Assembly: GCA_964531375.1 (NCBI GenBank)
Contig: CAZHDO010000002.1
Span: 21,469 to 85,468, forward strand
Source of the DNA: an uncultured Candidatus Saccharibacteria bacterium
GTDB lineage: Bacteria; Patescibacteriota; Minisyncoccia; Phycocordibacterales; UBA12445
Length of the DNA stretch: 64,000 nucleotides
Direction of reading: 5' to 3'
In this document: piece by piece, positions 49,729 through 57,795 of the stretch
Numbering within the stretch: the stretch's first letter is position 1
Layout of the letters: each line of letters opens with the position of its first letter
Made by a program: the position numbers and the translations under genes
Notes under the pieces: model-generated
What the model was told of the DNA's origin: nothing
Databases searched by the model: none
The model's input: the letters and a program-made list of their open reading frames with translations, nothing else

Positions 49729-49896
49729 ATGGAACATTTTCAAAATGCTCTTGTTGCTATTCTCGGTCTTTTGTCTCTTTATTGCATGATGAGGGTTTTT
49801 TTTGATTTATTTTGGGATGGAAGCATTGAAGAGATTTCCAAAGAAAAAGAGGAAGAGCTTCTCCGAATTGAAAAGGAGATGCAGAAGAAAAAGTAG
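49729..49896 (+). CDS. small single-TM protein (55 aa)
   Basis: Manual translation MEHFQNALVAILGLLSLYCMMRVFF...KKK; GGGAG RBS, TTGACA upstream and a terminator downstream. Confidence 0.55.
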   Translation: MEHFQNALVAILGLLSLYCMMRVFFDLFWDGSIEEISKEKEEELLRIEKEMQKKK

Positions 49897-49915
49897 GTTT
49901 ATCCTTCTTTTAATA

Positions 49916-49997
49916 GGACCGCCAGAAAAGGCGGTTTTTTCATTTTTGTCTATTATTTGGTAATAAAAAACCGCTTGTTTTAGAAAGCGGTTTTTTC
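49916..49997. terminator. pair of convergent terminators
   Basis: ACCGCC/GGCGGT plus T-tract, and AAAAAACCGCTT/AAGCGGTTTTTT. Confidence 0.7.
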
Positions 49998-50006
49998 TTT
50001 GATTTA

Positions 50007-50204
50007 TTAAAAAGGATCTTTGTCGTCGAAGCTGTCCATGTCTTTATCGATTCCAAGGGTTCTGTTGAAATCGATGTCGTCTGACTCTGTTGTTATTGCT
50101 TCAAGCACAGCATCTCCATCTAATTCTCCTTCTAGTTCAGCATCACCTTTGTATTCCTCACCTAACTCATCGGCATCGTTTACTTTTTTTATTGGTTTTG
50201 GCAT
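50007..50204 (-). CDS. small highly acidic protein
   Basis: MPKPIKK followed by a D/E-rich body, ending at a terminator. Confidence 0.55.
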   Translation of the reverse strand: MPKPIKKVNDADELGEEYKGDAELEGELDGDAVLEAITTESDDIDFNRTLGIDKDMDSFDDKDPF

Positions 50205-50286
50205 GTTTTTATGCAAAAAAATTTATAAAAATTTACCTTATAATTTATATAATAATTAAAGATATTTATTTTTAGCAAAGTCGTGG

Positions 50287-50781
50287 TTATTTTGCAAGCC
50301 CCCTGTATGTTGCAAGACCTGTTAGTGCCATCCCAATGGCATCGAATTCATCATCTTCAACCTTTTTCTTGTCGATTGTCTTCCAATTTTTGATTAAAAA
50401 CGGGATCATCTTAGAAACCTGGCTTTTTTCAGCCTTACCGTAACCAACAATAGCCATTTTCATTTGGAGTGGGGTAAATTCAAAAACCTTTAGGCCATTT
50501 GCCATTGCAATATATGTCGCCATTCCCTTGGCTTCTGATACTCCCATGGCAGTTTTCTGATTAGTCGTAAAAAAAAGCTTTTCTATAGCCAGAGCTTGGG
50601 GTTTAAATTTATCGATTAGGGTTTGAAATTCTTTTCCTATTGAAAGAAGCCTTTCACTAAATGTGGTTTTTGCCGAAGTTCTAATACACCCAGAATAAAG
50701 TAATTCATCACCACCGCTTTGGTTGTCGACAACAGCGACACCAAACTTGTCATATCCAGGATCAACTCCGATAATTATCAT
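50287..50781 (-). CDS. ruvC: Holliday junction resolvase
   Basis: IGVDPG, AIEKLFF, GYGKAEK and DDEFDA motifs; start moved to MIIIG. Confidence 0.92.
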   Translation of the reverse strand: MIIIGVDPGYDKFGVAVVDNQSGGDELLYSGCIRTSAKTTFSERLLSIGKEFQTLIDKFKPQALAIEKLFFTTNQKTAMGVSEAKGMATYIAMANGLKVFEFTPLQMKMAIVGYGKAEKSQVSKMIPFLIKNWKTIDKKKVEDDEFDAIGMALTGLATYRGLAK

Positions 50782-50804
50782 AAAAAATGATTTAAGATTT
50801 ATTT

Positions 50805-50890
50805 TGTCATCCCGGACTCGATCCGGGATCCAGGATTTATTTAGTTTATATTTAAAATACAATGGATTCCGAGTCGAGCCCGGAATGACA
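50805..50890. repeat. REP/RPE-like palindromic element
   Basis: TGTCATCCCGGACTCGATCCGGGATCCA ... TGGATTCCGAGTCGAGCCCGGAATGACA. Confidence 0.85.
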
Positions 50891-50900
50891 GGTGGAGTTA

Positions 50901-51461
50901 TTATTCAGCTGACTCTTCTTCGGATGATAGGTTTGAAATATTTGTGAAAATATTTTCCACATCTTCGTGGTCGTCAATTATGCCAAGTAAGGTTTCTAGT
51001 GCTTCCTTGTCTGTAGGGGAGACTTCCATTGGCATTGTTGGTACCCACTCATCGTCCTTTTTTTCAAAAGCCCAAGTTACAGAACCTTCTCCGCCAAGTG
51101 TTCCTCCATGGTCAGATAAAATGTGTTTTATTTCAGGAGTCATTCTGTTTTTGTTGTCTGTAATTCCTTCAATAATAATAGCAGCTCCGCCTGGCCCATA
51201 AGCTTCATATTTTACATTCTGCATTTCTGAGCCGCCAACACCAAGTCCTTTTGCGATTGCCCCATCAATTTTATCGTTTGGCATATTAACCTCTCGCGCC
51301 TTCTCGATCATTTTTCTTAGTGAAGGAGAATTTCTATCTCCCTTTGCCGTTCGAGATTCCACGATTAATTTCTTGGCTAAAATAGCAAAAGCCTTACTTT
51401 TCTTCGCATCATTAATACCTTTTTTAACTTTTATTTTTGAAAATTTATTATGTCCTGACAT
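50901..51461 (-). CDS. yebC: YebC/PmpR-family protein (short form)
   Basis: MSGHNK, YEAYGPGG, TDNKNR and DVENIFTN motifs. Confidence 0.9.
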   Translation of the reverse strand: MSGHNKFSKIKVKKGINDAKKSKAFAILAKKLIVESRTAKGDRNSPSLRKMIEKAREVNMPNDKIDGAIAKGLGVGGSEMQNVKYEAYGPGGAAIIIEGITDNKNRMTPEIKHILSDHGGTLGGEGSVTWAFEKKDDEWVPTMPMEVSPTDKEALETLLGIIDDHEDVENIFTNISNLSSEEESAE

Positions 51462-51589
51462 ATTTTTTGCAAATTAAAATTATTAATTAGAAGTTATCTA
51501 TTAATTTAGACGTTTCTCTTATTATATTATAAATAATACCAAATTAGTCAACGATAGAAACTTTACCCATCTGATGTATAATACAAAGT

Positions 51590-54022
51590 ATGCAAAACAT
51601 GGAAAATTTTAAACCAAAACCAAAAGAAGAATTAAAAGCACAATTAGGGCAAGTTGCAGAAAAAGTAGGAAATCGTCTTACTCCAGAATCGCAAAATGGT
51701 GGATTGCTGAGTATGACTATTGATGAGATTAAGAATAAATTTCCTTTAAGATATGATATATATCGAAAACTTTTGATTTCTCAAAAAAATAAAACAGAAA
51801 TTGACGAGAAAGAAATTTCAGAAATGAAAACATGGCTTACTGCATTAAATAATCTAGATAAATATATAGAAAATCACAAAGACAATGAAGCTGGTCGTAC
51901 TTTAAGAGAAAGACAATTTACAGTGTTCGAAGCGATTCGTGATTTCTTAGAAAGGGGCGAGAAAGAGGGATATATAAAACTACCAACAGGGGCGGGAAAA
52001 ACAGTTATTTTCTCAGAATTAATCGAATCTCTTCGATTAAAGACGCTGGTTGTTGTTCCGACGCAAATACTTGTTGAACAAACAGGCAAGGAGATCGAGA
52101 AATTTACAGAAGATCTTGATATTGGAAAGATATATACTTATGCGAAGAATCATGGCGATGATGTGACAATTACAACCTATTCATCTTTAATAAATAAAAT
52201 CAAAGATGGTTCGATAAACCCAAAAGACTATAAATGCCTTATTCTCGACGAGGCCCACAAGGCACTTAGCGAAAAAAGAATAGAATCAATTAGTGGTTTT
52301 GATGATGCTATTAAATTGGGTTTTACAGCAACTCCAGAATATTCAGAAGATAAAAATGTAGCTAAATTATTAAGTAAAGAAATATGTTCTCTTTCGATTA
52401 AAGAAGCCGTTAAAGAGAAAGTTTTAAGTGGTTTTTCGGTTTATCTTGTCCAAACAAATATTGATTTGAGTGAAGTGAAAGTCACCTCAACAGGAGAATA
52501 TAATCAAGAGGACCTCGAGAGAGCGATTAATAAGGAGGCGAGAAATAAGGCAGGTGTGGATGTCTACCGAAAGATGTTTGATGGTGAAAGAGCAGTTGTT
52601 TATTGTTGCGGTGTGGCCCATGCAGAAAATATGGCACGGCTATATAACGAGCAAGGTATTTCTGCTAATTTTGTTTCTGGAAAACAAGGTAAGACAGAAA
52701 GAGAGCAAATTTTAAATGATTTCAAGGAGGGAAAGATTAAGGTTCTGTGTAATTCTGATATTTTAATTGAAGGTTTTGATGAGAAGAAAGCGAGTGTCTG
52801 TATTAATTTAAAACCAACATTATCAAAAATAGTTGCAGAACAAAGAGCCGGGCGAGTATTAAGGATAGACGAAACTAATCTAGACAAAATAGGCAGAATT
52901 GTTGATTTTGTTGATGTTTATGATCAAGGCCGTGGTGGTATTTCATTTGCAGATATCGTAGGTGAGGCCGAGGTTTATCAAGAAGAAAAAGAAAAGAGTG
53001 GTGCTGATAATGGTAACGAAACAGAACAAAGCCGAAATATTAAAATTAGGGAAGATATTAAGCTTGAGTTTAAAATTATAACTGAGGCTAAAGAGGTAGT
53101 GCGGATTTTGAGTGAAACTGGCTTGTTGATAGATAAAGAAAAAATAGAACATTTGCCTTTTGAAGAGTTAAAAAAAGAGGTTCAGGTTTTAAAAATAAAA
53201 GATTTTATTGAATATGAAAAAAAGAGAAAAGAAAACCATCCAAATTGGATGAGTTCCGGTAATTTACGTAGACAAAAAGGATGGAAAAATGCAGATGATT
53301 TTTTTGGTAGAGAAGTTGTAGAATTCCTATCTTTTGAGGATACTAAAAAAGAAGTTCAAAGTTTGGGAATTAAAACAAGAATCGAATATAAAAAAGAGAA
53401 AAAAGAAAACCATCCAAAATGGAGATGTTTTTCTGATTTAAAACATGAAAAAGGATGGAAAGGTGCGGATGATTTTTTCGACAGAGAAGCTGTAAAATTC
53501 TTATCTTTTGAGGATACTAAAAAAGAAGTTCGGGGTTTGGGAATTAAAACAAAAAAAGAATATGAAAAAAAGAGAAAAGAAAACCATCCAAACTGGAGAT
53601 GTTTTTCTGATTTAAAACATGAAAAAGGATGGAAAGGTGCGGATGATTTTTTCGACAGAGAAGCTGTAAAATTCTTATCTTTTGAGGATACTAAAAAAGA
53701 AGTTCGGGGTTTGGGAATTAAAACAAAAAAAGAATATGAAAAAAAGAGAAAAGAAAACCATCCAAACTGGAGATGTTTTTCTGATTTAAGCAAAGAAGAA
53801 GGGTGGAAAAGTTCATATGATTTTTTTAATAAGGAACGAAAAGAATTCTTATCTTTTGGGGATACTAAAAAAGAAGTTCGGGATTTGGGAATTAAAACAA
53901 TTACTGAATATGAAGAAGAAAGAAAAAAACATCCAAATTTGAGGAGCTATATATCATTAGTTGATCAAAAAGAATGGAAAGGTTGGGATGATTTTTTAGG
54001 AAGAGGTAAAAAAGAATTCTAA
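51590..54022 (+). CDS. SF2 DEAH-box helicase with C-terminal tandem repeats
   Basis: PTGAGKT, DEAH, GFTATP, EGFD and QRAGRVLR motifs; five ~58-aa repeats. Confidence 0.85.
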   Translation: MQNMENFKPKPKEELKAQLGQVAEKVGNRLTPESQNGGLLSMTIDEIKNKFPLRYDIYRKLLISQKNKTEIDEKEISEMKTWLTALNNLDKYIENHKDNEAGRTLRERQFTVFEAIRDFLERGEKEGYIKLPTGAGKTVIFSELIESLRLKTLVVVPTQILVEQTGKEIEKFTEDLDIGKIYTYAKNHGDDVTITTYSSLINKIKDGSINPKDYKCLILDEAHKALSEKRIESISGFDDAIKLGFTATPEYSEDKNVAKLLSKEICSLSIKEAVKEKVLSGFSVYLVQTNIDLSEVKVTSTGEYNQEDLERAINKEARNKAGVDVYRKMFDGERAVVYCCGVAHAENMARLYNEQGISANFVSGKQGKTEREQILNDFKEGKIKVLCNSDILIEGFDEKKASVCINLKPTLSKIVAEQRAGRVLRIDETNLDKIGRIVDFVDVYDQGRGGISFADIVGEAEVYQEEKEKSGADNGNETEQSRNIKIREDIKLEFKIITEAKEVVRILSETGLLIDKEKIEHLPFEELKKEVQVLKIKDFIEYEKKRKENHPNWMSSGNLRRQKGWKNADDFFGREVVEFLSFEDTKKEVQSLGIKTRIEYKKEKKENHPKWRCFSDLKHEKGWKGADDFFDREAVKFLSFEDTKKEVRGLGIKTKKEYEKKRKENHPNWRCFSDLKHEKGWKGADDFFDREAVKFLSFEDTKKEVRGLGIKTKKEYEKKRKENHPNWRCFSDLSKEEGWKSSYDFFNKERKEFLSFGDTKKEVRDLGIKTITEYEEERKKHPNLRSYISLVDQKEWKGWDDFLGRGKKEF
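53147..54005 (+). repeat. intragenic 174-bp tandem repeat, five units
   Basis: CCATCC recurs at 53410 and 53584; the central units are nearly identical. Confidence 0.9.
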
Positions 54023-54026
54023 TTTT

Positions 54027-55058
54027 TTAGAGTAAGCTATCTTTAGGTGGTTCAATATTTAGGTGTTCGTAAGCTTTTGTTGTAGCGGATCGGCCTCTTG
54101 GGGTTCTTTCGATGAAGCCAAGTTGTATTAAATATGGTTCGTTTACTTCTTCTACGGTGCCGACTTCTTCGGATATTGCAGCGCCGATTGTGCCGAGGCC
54201 GACTGGTCCACCTCCGAACTTGTTGATTATCGTGTCGATTATTTTCCTATCGACGATGTTTAGGCCTGCGTGATCTATGCCAAGGAGGTCCAAAGCCTTA
54301 CCAACTGTCTTTCTGTTCAATACAACCTCTTTTACCTGAGCGAAATCCCGACATCTTTTTAGTAGGTGATTCGCGATTCTCGGGGTAAATCTACTTCTTC
54401 TTGAAATTTCTTCGGAGGCTTCTTTTTCTATTTCAACGCTGAGTATCTTTGACGAACGTTCGATAATTTTTTCAATTTCTTTTTCTGTATAAAATTCTAG
54501 TCTGAAAGTTCCACCCGAAAATCTTGAACGGAGGGGGGAAGAGAGGAGTGCTATTTTGGTAGTGGCGGCGATAAGTGTGAATGGTGGGAGTTCAAGTTGA
54601 ATTGTTCTCGCTGACGGACCTTTGCCGATTATGATATTTAAAATTCCCGACTCCATTGCAGGATAAAGAACCTCTTCGATCATCTTGTTGAGGCGATGAA
54701 TTTCGTCGATAAATAAAATATCTCCCGGTGAAAGGTTTGTGAGGAGGGAAGCGAGGTCGCCAACTTTCTCTATCGCAGGACCTGATGTGATTTTAATCTG
54801 AGAATTGTTTTCTTTGGCAATTAAATGTGCCAAAGTTGTCTTTCCAAGTCCAGGAGGCCCATAAAAAAGCAGGTGTTCTGGTGGTTGTTTTCTGGACTTG
54901 GCAGCATCGAGTAAAATCTTCAAATTTTCCTTAATTACCTCCTGTCCAATATACTCTTCCCATCGCTCTGGTCTGAGCGTACTGTCAAGAAATACCTCGT
55001 TTTTTTGAGGGTTTTGGTCATTCTCTTGTACTTCATTTTCTGGTGGTATACTTGACAT
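54027..55058 (-). CDS. ruvB: Holliday junction helicase
   Basis: LRP, GPPGLGKTT, IDEIHR and RTPRGR motifs. Confidence 0.95.
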   Translation of the reverse strand: MSSIPPENEVQENDQNPQKNEVFLDSTLRPERWEEYIGQEVIKENLKILLDAAKSRKQPPEHLLFYGPPGLGKTTLAHLIAKENNSQIKITSGPAIEKVGDLASLLTNLSPGDILFIDEIHRLNKMIEEVLYPAMESGILNIIIGKGPSARTIQLELPPFTLIAATTKIALLSSPLRSRFSGGTFRLEFYTEKEIEKIIERSSKILSVEIEKEASEEISRRSRFTPRIANHLLKRCRDFAQVKEVVLNRKTVGKALDLLGIDHAGLNIVDRKIIDTIINKFGGGPVGLGTIGAAISEEVGTVEEVNEPYLIQLGFIERTPRGRSATTKAYEHLNIEPPKDSLL

Positions 55059-55171
55059 TTATTTTCTTTTATGATAGCCTATTGGGTAATCGATTAAAAT
55101 GTTTACAAATAGGCGATTCTGTGTTGTTAGGTTGATTCGAAAAGATTTCCTTAATAATTTAATAGAATAGA

Positions 55172-55340
55172 TATAGAGGTCTTGATTCTCTAAGCAATAA
55201 AACTTTCGGGTTTAAATGGTCTTTTGAGGAGGACGCCTTGGTACTCACCTTTGAGTGAAATTACTGAGACTATCCTACAAAAAAAATCTAACTTATAATG
55301 TTACATTAAAAGAATTGCTTAGAGAATCAAATTCTCTATA
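55172..55340 (+). ncRNA. candidate rod-shaped ncRNA (6S-like)
   Basis: 17-bp perfect long-range inverted repeat, inner stems, A-rich bubble and a downstream terminator; identity and strand are inferred. Confidence 0.4.
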
Positions 55341-55341
55341 T

Positions 55342-55382
55342 AGGACCGCTTAGTTTTTTAAACTTGGCGGTCCTTTGTTTTT
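55342..55382 (+). terminator. intrinsic terminator
   Basis: AGGACCGC...GCGGTCCT hairpin followed by TTGTTTTT. Confidence 0.65.
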
Positions 55383-55479
55383 AAATGAACTTACCGCTAT
55401 TTGCGACTCGGGATCTATAATTTAAGAAATTAACTATTATTTTTTTATTCATGAATTATAGATCTCGAGCCACAAACTA

Positions 55480-57177
55480 TCAGTATCCTTCGTCTGCAAC
55501 TACCAACTCAACAACTCTCGCTAACTCTTCCATTGATGTTATTCCTTGTAAAACCTTCAAAATTCCATGTTCCCTCATGTCTAGTATTCCTTGTTTCTTG
55601 GAAGCACTTTTAATATCTAAAGCATTTACTCTATCTGTAATAACCTTATTTACTTCTGAATCAACCATTATTGCCTCAAATACACCAGTTCTGCCTTTGT
55701 ATCCAACCCCGTGACAAGCAGGGCATCCATCACCAGCCATCCATATTTTACCTCCATCTGGCAGATTAATATCTGGTCTTTTTTCGTTAATTAATTTTGA
55801 AACAATATTAATTATTTTTGTTTCATCTTCTTTTGGTGTTGTTTCTTTTTTGCATTGCTGACAAAGCTGTCTTACAAGTCTTTGTGCGATGGTGAGGGTA
55901 AGGGCTGAACCAATAATTTTTGGATTTACTCCAAGGTCTACGAGTCTTGGAATTGCGCCCGCTGCGTCGTTTGTGTGTAGGGTAGAGAAGACAAGGTGTC
56001 CTGTAAGAGCAGAGTTAATAGCAATCTTGGCTGTCTCTGTGTCTCTTATTTCTCCAACCATTATAATGTCTGGGTCTTGTCTGAGCGCAGAGCGAAGGCC
56101 TTCAAGGAATGTGTATCCTGAGTCTTCGTTGGTTTGTGTTTGGGACAAACCTTTCATGTGGTATTCGACAGGGTCTTCGATTGTGATTATTTTTGTTTCG
56201 TTGTCGTTTACCTTTCTGAGAAAAGCATAAAGTGTGGTTGTTTTACCGGAACCCGTTGGACCTGTGGTCAAAATAAGGCCATTTGGTTTTTTAATCTCGT
56301 CGTTAAAAATCTTTAAGAGTTTTTCTTCAATACCCATATCTTCAAGGTTTATAGATATTGAATCTGGGTCGAGAAGTCTCATTACGATTGTTTCTCCGTA
56401 TACTCCAGGTAGCACAGAAGTTCTTACTTCGATTTCTTTTTGATTTGTCGCAATTGTGAATCTTCCGTCTTGCGCGCCTTTCTTCATGTTTAATTTAAGA
56501 GCAGAAATGAGTTTGATTCTGGAAACGATTAGTTTGTATACATTATTACTTAAGAAATCTATGTCATGCAAAATACCGTCTAATCTATAGCGAAGTCTTA
56601 CCGACTCTTCCTGTGGTTCCATATGAATGTCTGATGCAGATGTTGCAAGGGCTCCACCTAAGACTATTTCTAATATTCTAGAAACACCTTGTGTTTTGTT
56701 ATTTTCAGTGAGTTCTTTTATTTGAACTTGAACATCTTTTACATCTTTTGTTCTTGAGAGAATTTCTGTTAAAAGTTCTTTTGAGATATCAACTAATCCA
56801 GCTTTTGTTTCTACTGATTTTGATATTTCCGCATATCTGGCCCAGGATTTTTCAAGACCTCTTTCTGATCCTATGTTAAGAGTAATTGTATAACCTCTTT
56901 CTTTTAGGTCATTTAAGACTTGGTCTAATTTAGGATTAGATGGCGTAAGTATTACAACGCTTAATTTTTTGCCCGTGAGCTGGAAGCCAGCAATCTTTGC
57001 TTCTTTTGCAACTGATTCATCGATAAGTTTAAGAGCATCTGTATTGATAGAGATATTCATCATATCAACATAGGGAATCGAGTATCTCGAAGAGAGTATT
57101 CTGGCAAGATCTTCTGCTTCCTGTATCTTCAGGTCGTCGATCTTTTTTTGATTTTGTGTGTCGTCGAATGTCGTCAT
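55480..57177 (-). CDS. pilB: type IV pilus assembly ATPase (PilB/GspE)
   Basis: ASDIH, GPTGSGKTTT, EDPVE, LRQDPD, TGHLV, CxxC pairs and GYKGR. Confidence 0.92.
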   Translation of the reverse strand: MTTFDDTQNQKKIDDLKIQEAEDLARILSSRYSIPYVDMMNISINTDALKLIDESVAKEAKIAGFQLTGKKLSVVILTPSNPKLDQVLNDLKERGYTITLNIGSERGLEKSWARYAEISKSVETKAGLVDISKELLTEILSRTKDVKDVQVQIKELTENNKTQGVSRILEIVLGGALATSASDIHMEPQEESVRLRYRLDGILHDIDFLSNNVYKLIVSRIKLISALKLNMKKGAQDGRFTIATNQKEIEVRTSVLPGVYGETIVMRLLDPDSISINLEDMGIEEKLLKIFNDEIKKPNGLILTTGPTGSGKTTTLYAFLRKVNDNETKIITIEDPVEYHMKGLSQTQTNEDSGYTFLEGLRSALRQDPDIIMVGEIRDTETAKIAINSALTGHLVFSTLHTNDAAGAIPRLVDLGVNPKIIGSALTLTIAQRLVRQLCQQCKKETTPKEDETKIINIVSKLINEKRPDINLPDGGKIWMAGDGCPACHGVGYKGRTGVFEAIMVDSEVNKVITDRVNALDIKSASKKQGILDMREHGILKVLQGITSMEELARVVELVVADEGY

Positions 57178-57292
57178 TTACCCTCATACTACTGTTTTTT
57201 ATTTTATAGACAAATAAGTTATCAACAGCCTATATTTTTTTCTTTTGCGCAAATATGTTTTTTGATGTTATTATGATTTTTTAACTAGACAA

Positions 57293-57748
57293 ATGAAAAA
57301 AATAACAAAAAATTTAGAAGAGACACAGAAGCTTGCAAAAGAATTTGTGGATTCTTTGAATGCGATGAAAGAGAAGGGACAAATAAATAAAGAAGCTATT
57401 GTGATCGCTCTCTTTGGTGATCTTGGTTCTGGCAAGACATCTTTTGTTCAAGCAATCGCTAAGAATTTTAATATAAAAGAGGGTGTCATTAGTCCAACTT
57501 TTGTTATTCAAAAAAACTATCCAATTAAAAACAATAAAAATTTTAAAAACCTTATTCATATAGATGCGTATCGACTAGATAACCCCGAAGAAATTTTAAC
57601 ACTAGGTTGGCATGAATTAGTTAAAAACGAAAATAATCTTATTTTCGTTGAGTGGCCAGAAAAAATAGGGGACCATATACCAAAAGGCCACAAAAAAATA
57701 TATTTTGAATTTTTAGATCCAGAGACAAGGAGTATAGATGTTGTGTAA
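57293..57748 (+). CDS. tsaE: t6A biosynthesis ATPase
   Basis: GDLGSGKT, SPTF, HIDAYRL and VEWPE motifs. Confidence 0.93.
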   Translation: MKKITKNLEETQKLAKEFVDSLNAMKEKGQINKEAIVIALFGDLGSGKTSFVQAIAKNFNIKEGVISPTFVIQKNYPIKNNKNFKNLIHIDAYRLDNPEEILTLGWHELVKNENNLIFVEWPEKIGDHIPKGHKKIYFEFLDPETRSIDVV

Positions 57749-57795
57749 ATAAGATTTGGTTTGTTTTTTCTTTCCATTTAACTACAATTAACTCT

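Noticed and set aside
50782-50862. N-terminal extension of RuvC in the ORF track
   Set aside because: It is read-through of the palindromic element; the family start MIIIGVDPG is at 50781.
53147-54005. Helicase repeats as a DGR template/variable pair
   Set aside because: They are in-frame tandem coding repeats and their differences are not confined to adenines.
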